The notes beneath the pieces are model-generated. The model ran no database searches, had not been told where the DNA came from, and was given only the letters and a program-made list of their open reading frames with translations. From NCBI RefSeq assembly GCF_011386835.1, contig NC_088802.1, forward strand, positions 50,592,001-50,656,000: a stretch of DNA of 64,000 nucleotides, read 5' to 3'. This DNA comes from Chrysemys picta bellii (taxonomy: Eukaryota). This document shows, piece by piece, positions 51,842-64,000 of the stretch. Numbering within the stretch: the stretch's first letter is position 1; each line of letters starts with the position of its first letter. Made by a program: the position numbers and the translations under genes.

Positions 51842-54800
51842 CTTTTCCCTTTTTCTGATTATGTAAGGAAATTCCTAAAGGGTCGAATGTATGCAATATT
51901 TTAATTCGTGAACATTGAAAAGATGTGGCTTCTTGTAAGAAATTTTCTAATAGCAGATGACACTATGCATTGAGGACTTGCTAGAACTTTTTCAAAGAAA
52001 TTAATAGCCAGACACACTTTCCTATTACATAGCCTTCCAGAGGGGCTATTCTTTAACACTAAAAACACTGAATCACAAGGGTATATTATCAAAAATGTAC
52101 TAGAAAATTAGGTTCATTCTTGTGTCAATTTAGAGTTTCCTTTCACAGTATTCTTTTGACTATAGTTTTGATTAATTTTGTTTGGACGTCTATGTAAATC
52201 CATCAATTTAAATATTATATATTTTATTTAATGTGTATATAAATAAATATAATAAGTGTTAATATAATATAAAAGTCAGAGAAAAAACAAACAAAATATT
52301 TCAACTTCCCACCCCATCTAAAATTTTGTCAAAAGCGACATTCCAAAGAAATAGATCGATTTCAATGAAAATGCATTTATCGACAGAAAACTGTTAAATT
52401 AAAATAAATTCAACCAGCTCTACTTACAGGCTAAATGCATAAGAGAAACTGAAGAAATCATAAAACATAAGATGAATTACATATATATCTTTAAAATAAG
52501 AGGAAGAACCCTTCTGTCCATGTAGTGAAAAAAATTTCAGGAACAACTTTAGCCATAAGTAATTACTATTCCTTAGCTAAATCTGTTTCTAGTAAAAGTC
52601 TTACCAGGATCTTCTTACAAGATGCTGACCATAAAGATATATTTTCCTGGTTACAGAGCAGAATATTTGGGAACTTCCAATGGCCCTACTTTATTCTTTC
52701 AGATAAGAATGTGTGTAACTCAAGAAACCCAAACTTCATTAGGCTATTTAGATGGCTTCATTTAACCCTATCACACTTCTCCCACTCCAGTGAGTCAGAA
52801 AAACCAGACAGTCTGGCTTTCAGACCTGAAATGACACTTAGGAGTAGTTAGTCACCAGATAAATAATGTATGAAACATGCATCTGTGTTTTACTATGCAG
52901 ACACAGCTTTATGTTAGGTTCTAGTCGGGTGCCACATTTCTATATCACAGGGGTATTGGAACAGGTCAGCCTGAATATAAATAAACAATGGGAAAGGAGC
53001 TAAAAAGTATACAAATTATATCAAAAGAACATACAAGAACATGGCTGAAAGGTAACTATGAGAGAGAGAGAAAATAAAAATAAGTCAAGATTGACTAATC
53101 ATCATAAACAACTCAGGTATTCTTTGGCAAATGTGTACTTAATACTGCTTTCTAGAGCTGCAGCCATTTAATTTTTGGAGTCAACTATAATGCAGGCAGG
53201 TGATATTTTGGCTTCTCCATACAGCTCTAACAATGGACCTCAATCCTTTTACCCACAACACACCCACCTAGCCCTTAGTTGAAGTGGCAAAATCATTACA
53301 CGCCTATTACTTTGGAACAGAAAGAGGACACCAAACTCATTTTCCCTGGTGGCCACATGGAAGATTTGGATTTAAGTCCCCATTATTGATAGGCCGGATG
53401 ATGCACTTACACACAGTGCCCACCACTCACTAAATACTCAACAGTTACTTTTATACTACTTTAGTATAAACATTATGCATGTTTACCTAATAGAGCCAGA
53501 AGCATACAAGATTTTTTTCTGATCCTATTATGCTTCAATGTTGCACAATCAGCAGGATGTGTAATTAGGAACACTCACAAGCAGGGTAAAGTAATGTAAT
53601 AAAATCACAAGAAAGAAAAATTATATACATACAGCCTATCCCCTATGTAAACAGTGAAATTTCTACAAAAGTAGATGGAAAATGATGAATAAATCACAAT
53701 AGACACAAGCTGGTATGGGAACAGAAAACACTCTCACAGTGAATAATGATGTTGTGTAATAAACACTAACGAGTGGTTTTTTTGGTGACCTAGTTTGAGA
53801 GATCTCACAAAGGCTAGTTTTCAGAAGCGCTGAGCACTCTGAAAAAAACCAAACCCCTTTGAAGTATTTCTCAAAAACGGAAGCACCCAGCACAACTATC
53901 CACTTCTGAAAATTTACATTGCAGTCACTTTGTTTTAAAAAAAAGAAAAAAAGAAAAGAAAAGTGGCGGGGAAGAGGGATGTCTCTACCTGAGTAGTACA
54001 AGCCTACGCAATAAATACTACAGGTTAAATTTTTAGATAATAAAAACAATAATGCTTAATATACTTAAGTGATACAAAAGATAAATTATAATAATGTTTT
54101 TCATAACATGCTGCATCTTCCACATCAACTGAATTGCCCATACTTCTGTAAGAATTCAACTGTCACCCAAGTACTATGGGGAGGGGGAGTCACTAGAAAT
54201 GTCATTAGATAGAGGTGTCTCTCCTCCAGGAAATAGAAGACAAGCCCTGAACTAGATAAAGTGCTTCAACATTTCATTGACATGGTGAAAAATTTTGCTT
54301 CAGCCACATTTAGACATTTAAATAGAAAGTGCATAATTTTCAGAGGTGGTAAGTACCTGCAGCTCATGCTGACTTCAATGGAAATTATGGTGCTCATCAA
54401 CCCTGAAAATCAAGTACTTTTTAGTTAAATGCTTAAACAGGGACTTAGGTGCTAACTTTAGGCATTCAAGTTTGAACATTTTAGCTTATATACATATCAT
54501 GTACAGTATAAAACAAGAGATCAGATTACTACAATTCCTAAATGTAATATGAATTTCCAGCATAGGAGGAACTCTGATCTTTTAAATTGTAATGACTACC
54601 TTGCAAATAAGAGATCAGTACCACTGACTTCAGCTATTGAAGCAGAAATCCAATGCAATAATTTATAACAGGCCAAATCCTGCCCTGTTCATGTATGCAA
54701 GGGAGACAAGTGGATGCAGAGAGTTCTCTAAACACACCAGTGCAAAGTCTTTCCCTAATAAGATCTTTAAGAGAGGCATCTAGATAATGCACTAATCCTA

Positions 54801-55477
54801 CAAAAAACGTTTCCTCCAAACATGCATGGTCAAACTGGTTAAAGGACACGTCTCCTGCCTACAGCTCAAACAACGAAATCTATATGCTGCAATCTGCAAC
54901 TAGAATTAGCCTGGGACACAGATTGTTTATGCTGAGAGGGCAGAAAAATGTGCTCCACAGTCTATTTACACATAGGTCCTACCCACAATTACCCTACAAG
55001 CCTCTGCTCAACCTTACCTCAGCACAAATGGGTCAGACAGGGATAGGAAGGTTCTAGTATCTTGTCTGGTCTCACTGGCTGTTTCACTAGCAGAAGTTGG
55101 ATTTACCCCAGTCCGCTGCTATACCCATATTTTAACAGTCTCTAGCACTGCTGTTATAGTTTCCATTATAAATTGAAGTGTTTTAAATTACAGGAAAAGA
55201 AATAAAAATAAAATTTGTCTGTAACTCAGCGATATTCCTCCCAGTCAAGTTCCGGGTAATTGAAAAACAATGGATTTATTTATTCTGGAGCTCCAAACTG
55301 ACTGTAGATAACTTGTTAACTGATTTATGGAGGTGAGTCAGCTTCTGGAACAAGCAGAGGATGAGTAACAAAATAAGAAACAGGGAAAACATTTGTGCTC
55401 AACACTGTTACTTTAAAAGAGTCTAGTGCTGATGTTACGTGGCAGACATCCTGAGGATCTGACACACTATTTTTGTT

Positions 55478-57250
55478 ATCATAGAGTTTAAGACCAGAAG
55501 GAACCACCACATTGTCTCTGACCTCTTGTATCTATCACAGGCCACTAAACAGCACCCAACCACCTCCACACCAAGTCCAACCAACAAAATTAGACCAAGT
55601 ATTACAACCCTCAGGAGACTAAAATATTCCAGAGAGCAGGAGGGACTGAGGTGCACCCATTCCCCAGGCCACTGCAATGGCAGGGAACTGATTAAGTGAG
55701 ATATACCCAGATGATTCCAGCAAGTGATTCTGCACCTCATGCTGGAGAAGGTAAAAAAACAAAACAAAAAACAACAAAAACTCCAGGTCCCTGCCAATCT
55801 GTCCTGGAAGAAATTACTTCCTGATCCCAAATATGGCAAACTGTTAGACCCTGAGCATGGGGGCAAACCCCACCAGCCAAGTACCTAGAAAAAGAATTTT
55901 CAGTACCACCGCAGAGCCCTGGCTTGCCCCATCCACTGTCCCAGCCTCAGCCATGGTATCTCTGATGCTTCAGAAGAAGGAGTAAAAAAAAAAAAAAATA
56001 ATAATAATAATAATCCAAGATTGCATCTGGGAGAAGAGATGGGTTGCCAATTTTCTAATCCCACAAAACCAAAACACCCTTGCCCCGCCGCTCTCTGATG
56101 CCCCACCCCTTCTCTGAGGCCCTCTCCCACTCACTCCATCCCCCCTCCTTCTGTCGCCCATGCCCCCACCCTCACTCACTCATTTTTACTGGGCTGAGGA
56201 AGGGGGTTGGGGTACAGGAGGGGTGAAGGCTCTGCTAGGGATGCAGGCCCTGGGGTGGGGCCAGGGATGAGGGGTTTGGGCTGTAGGAGGGGGCCCAGGC
56301 TGGGGTTAGAGCTGAGGTGTTCAGAGTGTGGGAGGGGGCTCCAAGCTGAGGCAGGCGATTGGGGTGTGGGAGGGGGTACAGCCTCTGGGCTGGGGATGCG
56401 GGTTCTGGAGTGGGGCCAGAAATGACGGGTTCAGGGTACAGGAGGGGGCTCCGGGCTGGGGCAGGGGGTTTGGTGGGGATGCGGGATGCACGCTCCGGGA
56501 GGGAGTTTGGGTGCAGGAGGGGACTCAGGGCTGAGTCAGGGGGTTGGGAGGGGGTGTGGGCTTTGGGAGGGAGTTTGGGGGTGGGTTGGGGCAGGGGGTT
56601 GCAGTGTGGGCTCTGGGCAGTGCTTACCTCAGGGAACTCCACGGAAGCGGCGACATGTCCCTCAGCTCCTAGGCATAGGGCGGCCAGGAAACTCTGCATG
56701 GTGCACGCTGCCTCCGCGTGCAGGCGCCTCCCCCGCAGCTCCCTTTGGCTGTGGTTCCCGGCCAATTGGAGCTGCAGAGCTGGCACACAGCGTGGGGGCA
56801 GCGTGTGGAGCCCCCCTTGGCCACCCCTGAGTCTCCGAGCCAGAGGACATGTCGCCACTTACGGGAGCCGCGCAGAGCCAGGTAGGAAGTCTGCCAGCCC
56901 CACCAACTGGACTTTTAACGGCCCAGTAAGCGGTGCTGACTGTAACCACCAGGGTCCCTTTTTGACTGGGTGTTTTGGTCGAAAACTGGACACCTGGTAA
57001 CCCTTGAGAGGAGGGGGAGGAATCTCTTCCTGACCCCTGCAGGTGACTGGCTGAAGTCTTGAAGCATGAGATTTAGGAAGGCAAGACATGAACCAGAAGG
57101 GACCCCCGGACTGTATGCCCACCCCCACCCCCCCACCACCACAGTCAATCCCATCATACAATCCCACTCATAAATTTACCAAAGTCTACCTTAAAACAGG
57201 TTATTTCCCCCCACAACTTATCGGGAAACTATTCTAGAACATCACTTTTG
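55478..57250 (-). mobile_element. CR1 3' end with a long 3' UTR, interrupted by the hAT element at 56039-57005
   Basis: ATCATAGAGTTTAAGACCAGAAGGAACCACC is the reversed CR1 tail (compare 15411); similar sequence resumes after 57006 and reaches TTCTAGAAC (the reversed WNSLP region) near 57235. Confidence 0.7.
56039..57005. mobile_element. Non-autonomous hAT element (967 bp) with a G-rich interior
   Basis: TIR cores GGGTTGCCA ... TGGTAACCC; 8-bp TSD GAGAAGAG (56031-56038) / GAGAGGAG (57006-57013), 7/8 identical. Confidence 0.82.
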
Positions 57251-58356
57251 TTCATGCGTCTGTCTCTGTTTCTTTCTCTACCATCATTGACCTTGAATTC
57301 AGTGGCAGAATAATATGACGTTTTTGTCAAGACTATTATCCTCCACTCCCCCCCCCCCCACACACACACACACACCTCTATCATGAACTTAGTTCTGATG
57401 GAGCTAGTTGCAGATGCAGTGACAGACTGTTTAACCAAGAATTACTTCAGCCATGTATTTAAACTTACTTCCCATCTGCATAACGTCTCTATGATGGGAT
57501 TCTGTATAACCAATTTTTTTTAAATATGGTTTCACTTTGGTTTACGAATTTCTACAAGTCTTAAAAGGCTTTTAACATTTTTGCAAGTTACTGTTACATA
57601 AAGTGGATGGAGGTTTCTACATATGTTTAGAGGAAAACAACAGATGACCATGTCCAATTCTCAGAACAGTAGGTATTAAGCACATGTGGTAACCTTTTAG
57701 TGAGGAATTTATGTGTGTTCACAGTGACTTGAGCACAATAAAACCACTACCTGCAAAGGGGTTTCATGAGTTCATTTTATTTGAAGTGCAACATTTTCTG
57801 CTTTAATCAATCACACTTTGGGAGCAGAGAGGCATTCAAAACTAGTGCTTTTCTTTCTGACTCATTACCAGACCAGCATTCAAGTTAAACTTTTAGTAAA
57901 TTATCAGTTTCACTGGAAGCTCACAAGAGCTCATTGAAAGCAATATCTAAAGATCTGGCTTCTTTTGTACTATTATGTAGTCTATAAAATGAAGGCATGT
58001 TACATTTATTAAAAAAGATTAAAGCCAGTGGTACTGTTTCACTTTCCCTCATTTCTTGCCAGAATCAAGGTTTGAGCTCATAAGTAAGACGACGACGACT
58101 TTTGTATTCTTTATTATTTTTTTGTATATTATTTTTTAAAATAATTTAATAGCCCTATTATACTGATATACTTTCGCAGTGTAATCCAATGCTCTTTGCT
58201 GTTTTAAAGCATTAGGGCATTTTCACAGGAAGTAATGAAACATTAAATTGTTTCCCATTAATGAAAAAGAACATGGTTGTTTCCTTTCCTCACTGCATCA
58301 GCCTCAGAGCTCTTATTCGGTCTTAGAAGAAGAGTTGAAAAGTTCTTAGTTAACAC

Positions 58357-58384
58357 CACACACACACACACACACACACACACA
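58357..58384. repeat. (CA)14 microsatellite
   Basis: Read directly from the sequence. Confidence 0.95.
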
Positions 58385-60091
58385 ACCCCTCCCACACACC
58401 CAAAAAAAAACCCAACCCAGCAAGAAAATGGATTGGCTTTCAGATGTATTGACAGACAAAACTACATCATCAGATTCATTTAGTGATGCTATTAACAGCC
58501 TTGATAAATATGAAACACATAATGTAAAGCATACAGAAGAATATTGATTAGACTAAAAAGTTGTGGAAATGAGACATGACTGATGTGGTTTTGCTCCTTT
58601 CAAAAGAGAGGCAGTAAATCATTGAACATTATGGGGAGAAAAAAGGATGCTGAAAGCTATTCATTAGTGACAAATAAGCTACAGGTAACTTTCTAGTGCA
58701 GTTAATAAAATCCAACCATGCTCCTCATGAAAGAGTCCATATTTACTTCCTCAACAAAGGCCTATGTGAGCCAAAATGTTGGCCCCCTTATGCTTGATAA
58801 TAACTGTAAATCAGTCTAACAGCATTTCAATGCAAGTAGAACACCAGATTAAGTAGAACATTTTGAGAAGGGCTAAAAAGTTTTAGAAAACCGGTATAGT
58901 TCAAATTTAAGGGAGGTTTACATCTGTGTGAATTTTGAAGTTGAGGTGCTCTGGTTACATTGGAGAGGGGTATAAAATTTAGTGAGAAACAGCATGCATA
59001 GTTTAGGAAGTTTGGAAGTTACCATGCCATTAAATGCAATTTGGGAAGCATTCCAATTTATATTTGCTATGCTAAATCTCACCATATGTTCACATTGTTC
59101 GCTGAATTAAGGAGATCATCATCTGAAAGTCTGATTTATACCACAAGTCACAACCTGTTAAAATTATGAAGACAGGATTTGGTCAACAGCTTCAAGCCAA
59201 GTGTTAAATGTTTCTATTCTCCTTTCTTCATTTTTCAGAAACAGAACAGATGTTATTCAGTTCTGATTTCAACCAGGGGAGTACAGACATTTCGCCATAT
59301 AATTAAAATATTTTCTACGAGGACTTGACCCTATTTTACTCTGCAAGCTTCGACTTAATGAATTCTGGTTCACAATCCTAGTGGGGAAATGAATTTTTCA
59401 TCCTCATTCTCAAATGAGCTTTCTGCAGGCATCAAAAGAGTTTGAGTTTCTCACATCAGATCAGAGTAGCAGAGTACTATAATTCAACCTTAAAGATTTT
59501 TTTTTGTTATTTACTGATATAAGTAAATCATCACATATAGAAAAGCACAGATGTATTCAAAAAGAGAACACACGAAACTGAATTCCAAAGAATCAAGAAA
59601 ACGTTTTTAAAGAGCTATGATGGCATAAAATTATCTATCCTTGGGGTTGCCACCTAGACGGTATTCAACCAACACTACTGCATTATAAAACTATAAATGA
59701 TTTTCAATACAAGCCTGTTAGTGAGTTACCTTGTGTTTTAACACCATGGGAAATTTATTTCTATCCTCTGCACCCACTGCTCTTAAGGCTTCTTGCCTTT
59801 TAAAAATAGTACAGATAGTTATTAAAAGCATCCTTGAGTCTATCCTGTAACTTGCTGCTGCACTTCCCTCTGCATAGCTCTCAACTTGGAAATAACTAAC
59901 AGGAAAGTGACTGATTCTAACAGAGTTGATTTAAGAATAGCTGGAATGAGGCAGAACAATAATAATAATATTCTTCGCAATTTTTTTGTGTTTGCATCCC
60001 ACAATCTCAAACCTCTGTTAAGCATTGTACCCCTTCTACAGGGCTGGAAAGTGCAGCATAGAAGGAATAATTTGTCTAGCGCCACACAGAC

Positions 60092-60331
60092 TAAGAGTGT
60101 ACTGACATAAAATTTGCACCAATTTAACTAAAAGAATGTTTAAAGGGGGAAAGTGTTGTTGTTGTTTTTTACACTGAGATAGGTATCTCAATGTAAAATA
60201 CTGGTGGGAGACACAAGGCACAGGTAAAAGCAAGCTGGTCGAGGTCAAAACTACAGTGTCTTTAATCCACTAAGATTTTACATTGAGACAGCTATCTCAA
60301 TGTTAAAGCCACCTGTTTTTGCAGTGAAGAC
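60092..60331. mobile_element. Old Harbinger-like MITE containing two copies of a 32-bp palindrome
   Basis: Right end CAGTGAAGACATATCC|TAA resembles the other MITE ends; palindromes at 60167-60198 and 60276-60307; left end degenerate. Confidence 0.45.
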
Positions 60332-60692
60332 ATATCCTAACACTGATTTTTAAGTCAATTTTGTTAAACTGATTAAAATCATCATACGGACACACAAATT
60401 GATATAAATTAGATGTAAACAGATCAATTCTCCAACACAGGAAGGTCTGCACTGCACTTACAAAAATCAATTTAAAAAAACAAGCTCTCTCAACTCTTTG
60501 CAACTTTTGTGTTTAGAAAAGGTCTAAGGGCTTGTCAACATTATAGATTTTTGCACTGACGTCACACACTTGCAAGCCCCATTGTACATCACATCTACAC
60601 TGAAGGGGATTTGCAGTGAAGTCAATGAGACTATTAACATGATTAGAGTTACTTATGTACACGCAACTGTTTGCACGATGAGGGCCTATTTT

Positions 60693-60975
60693 CAGCAGTG
60701 GCGCCAAGGTTTTTGGCACCCTAGGCGGGAGTCCTTCTGCGCTCCCGGCTGTCGTCAGCAATTCTGCAGTGGGCGGGGGGGTCCCGGTCTTCGGGGCACT
60801 TCGGCAGCAGGTCCCGGAGCGAGTGAAGGACCTGCCGCAGAATTGCCACCGAAGACCCAGATTGCGGAAGGACCCCCCGCTGCCGAATTGCCGCCAAGGG
60901 TGGCAAAATGCTGTCTCCCCAATCCTGGCGCCCTATTCGACCACCTAGGTCGCCTAAATGGAAGCGCCGGCCCTG
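60693..60975. mobile_element. hAT MITE (283 bp), CpG-rich
   Basis: Perfect 8-bp TSD CCTATTTT at 60685-60692 and 60976-60983; imperfect TIRs CAGCAGTGGCGC ... GCGCCGGCCCTG. Confidence 0.88.
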
Positions 60976-62026
60976 CCTATTTTACAAAGCAAGGAACAGA
61001 ATGCAGGGAGTATTGGTGCCCATGCTTCAATATAATCACTTAACTATACTTAATATCGAAAGTAGATCCAATCAAAACCAACTTTCTAAAACTATAAATC
61101 CAACCTAAAGGCTGATGATGCAATGGAAAAATAGGAAGAGGCCAAAGGGAAAGAAAAAGCACAAGAAAGGGCTGGATTCATATATGGAAAATTCTATCAG
61201 GTCATGATGCTGGCCCTTTTGAGATGTAGGGCAGTTAGCTTACAGCATTTGGGGTGGGTTTGTGTCAGTGAGAAAAAAGGTTTATCAATATAGTTTTATT
61301 TCCACATAGTCTAGCAGGAAGCAAAAAGTTATTAGGGTTGCTAACTAAAAAATATTCTGTTCTGGGGTTTGAATTCCTTTCATGTTTCAAAATGTTTTTA
61401 TATTATTTAAAAAGCTGGCAATTCATGTTCCCTCACTAAAGTACAGTAAGTGCACAGTAAGAAAAGAGCATGTTTTTAATCCCTTTTTAACTAATAATAC
61501 ATGAGATGCCTACCATTTGCCTCAAGGCATTACTGGTGTAATCAAGGGATTTCTAGATGCAGAAAGCCCATATTTGTCCTGTACTGCTGTATCTGTCACA
61601 GAACCTTCACATTTTACAGCACACTAATGATGAAAATGGTGCATCACTAGAGGTTGTCTGCTAGCTCACTGTAACCTTCCAATAAGTACCTTTTTTGTTA
61701 TTTTTCGCATTTAGATTTTATTTTAATATCCTGCACTGGATAGCCTCAATCACATTCTTCCCATCACAATGCCATATAGAACCCTAAAACTTGGGAATTC
61801 CATTTCCAGGCCTGGAAAAAAAACCTGGGTTCTTTTTATCAACATGAGCTGATCTGACAGTGTCATTTAGAATAGTGATCAAAACACTGTTCAGGGAGAA
61901 GAGAAAATTGAGGTTATAACTGGAAAGAAACAGTGGACATGAATGCTCAACTAGATTTGATAAAGGCACACCTCATACCTTGGCATTAGCCTTTTCAATA
62001 TTAGCGGACATGAAAGAACGCATAAG

Positions 62027-62189
62027 AAAGTGGCAACGTAGTGCACCAGCGCTGGGAGCTACTTCCCTCACGGAGGTGGTTGTATTACAGCGCTGGGAGA
62101 CCACTCTCCCAGCTCTGGAGCCGCGACTACACAGCCACGTTAAAGCGCTGCCGCGGCAGCACTTTAACGTTGGCTGTGTAGACATAACC
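62027..62189. mobile_element. Half copy of a Harbinger-like MITE related to 46423-46615
   Basis: One terminus GTGTAGACATAACC|TAA; CAGCGCTGGGAG units; hairpin ACACAGCCACGTTAAAG-CGCTGCCGCGGCAGCA-CTTTAACGTTGGCTGTGT. Confidence 0.75.
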
Positions 62190-63218
62190 TAAATAATATA
62201 AAAACTTATACACCATCTTTCATCATGAAGGATCTCTCAGTGCTTTGCAAATACAGGAGTGTCTTCATCCACTACTAAGATAGGGCCACTTCTCGAATGG
62301 AACAGCACACAACAGAACTACACAACACAGCAGAACAGGAAGTGAAGAATGTCACCCCATTCAGCAGGGTAAAGCATGTTTGATCAAACTTCCAAGGAAT
62401 AGGCAACCTCTGGGGTCTAAGGAGGGTAGCAAGGAGGGACAGGCTCGGCTGCTCCAGACTTTTCCCTAACCCCCTCCCACAGAACATGTGGAGATTGCAC
62501 CTAAACCGTAAGGGGAGGTTTCCCAAGTATGCTCACTTAATGGAAGATTCATTAAAAGTCAGGTGTGCTTTTTCACCTATATCACATCATCCTAGAGGCC
62601 CAGTTTTAGCTTAACAAGGAGTAAAAAAGACAGCAATTTAAAAAGTTTTACATTTAATAAGTGGTGTTCATCATTTTGAACTTGCAGGAAAATCTTCACC
62701 AGTTGAGATACTCTCCCTACAAATGGGAATGAGGGTAAGAAGATTCAGAGGTTTTTCTGAAACCTAGGGGTCACGCTGAAGACGACCAACCCTAAATACT
62801 GGTTATATGACATGAGGTCATTTAACACCATCAGACCCAAGTAAATACCTAGTATTTTAGAAGGTGGGGGGAGATTTAACTATCCCCATTAAAATTAAAA
62901 GTTAGTAAGGTTGCAGCACGTCTCTTTAAAAATCTATCCCTGTATCTGTAATTCATTCTCCTGCACAACCTGATCAATATCCTATTCCAGCGACAGTCCA
63001 GGGACAATTAAGGTCGAAAAATTTTTGGGAGGAGTGGGAGGGCATGGCACGGAGGGAGCAAGAAAGGAGGATATGAATGAATTATGTATGTTTTGTCTAT
63101 TGTAAAATGACAAATTCATTTCATGCAGTATTCCCTGTGCAAGGTAAGGGTTTAATTACCTCTAAAAAATGTTCTAAGGTAAAAGAGAGCACAGTTATAT
63201 TAATATGAATACAAACGT

Positions 63219-64000
63219 GACCTAGTCATTGGCGGAACCCTATTTGAACATCGAGAAATTCACAAGCTCACATGCTGTTCTCCAAATGGCAGAGAGAAGA
63301 ATCAGATTGACCATATCATGATGAATGGCAAACGGTGACGCTCACTGACAGATGTGAAAGTGAGAAGGGGTGCAGATGTTGGCAGTGACCACCACCTTGT
63401 GACAGCTTCCATCAAGCTAAAACTGAGAAGTGTGGGTCCACCAGACAAGGGACATAGACATTATGATCTTGACAAGCTAAAGTCCCTTGAAATACAGAAA
63501 GCGTTCGTTCTGCAGTTAAAGAACAGGTTTCAAGCACTTGCAGTCCTTGATGAAGAGGAGGGGAATGCGGATGAGGAGATCAACAAGAAGTGGGACAAAG
63601 CAACAGTAATTTATAAACTGAGCAGTGAAGCCTGTCTAGGCTAAAGGCAGAAGAGAAGGAAGGAGTGGATTACACCCAGCACATGGAACGCCATAGAAAC
63701 CAGACGAGCTCTGAAGAAGAAAGTTTTAGACACAGGATCCCAGAAGCTAAAGGACAAATACCACGAGCAGTATAGCCAGGCACACCGGGAGATCAAACGC
63801 CTTGTGAGAGCTGACAAACAGCATTATATTGATAATCTGGCAACACAAGCAGAGGAAGCAGCTGCTCGTGGTGAACAAGGAACCGTCTACAAAATGACGC
63901 GGCTTATCAGTGGTAAACGGCAGACGAACAAACACTCATCAGGAATAAACTGAACAAAGGCCACCTACGAACAACCAAAAAAGAACAAGAAAAAAAAAAG
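63219..64000 (+). pseudogene. RTE-clade LINE fragment (AP endonuclease C-terminus plus linker), running out of the window
   Basis: A single frame reads DLVIGGTLFEHREIHKLTCCSPNGREKNQIDHI...*..DVKVRRGADVGSDHHLV...LKNRFQAL...*..KRRKEWIT...KRLVRADKQHYIDNLATQAEEAAARG; IDHI, GADVGSDH and NRFQAL are RTE-type motifs. Confidence 0.9.

Overview
Vertebrate, AT-rich, non-coding DNA, very probably from a turtle. The main clue is a full tRNA-headed SINE with a CR1-type tail at 39367-39567, which I recognise from memory as the tortoise Pol III/SINE; CR1, Penelope, Gypsy, hAT and Harbinger-type repeats fit the same picture. I found no host protein-coding exon, RNA gene, CpG island or promoter that I can support. 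The only recognisable protein sequences are decayed transposon domains: CR1 ORF2, Gypsy RNase H, hAT transposase C-terminus, Penelope GIY-YIG endonuclease and RTE endonuclease plus linker. Long A-runs appear by eye to outnumber T-runs on the + strand, consistent with a large intron of a minus-strand gene, but this was not counted. The best-supported oddities are structural: a perfect 94-bp Penelope-derived palindrome with a 13-bp target duplication, a 235-bp ungapped fold-back, compensatory base changes between two MITE subfamilies, several nested insertions with clean TSDs, and a nearly open RTE reading frame. I do not see evidence for a new multi-gene system. Repeat family names come from recalled motifs, not from a database search.
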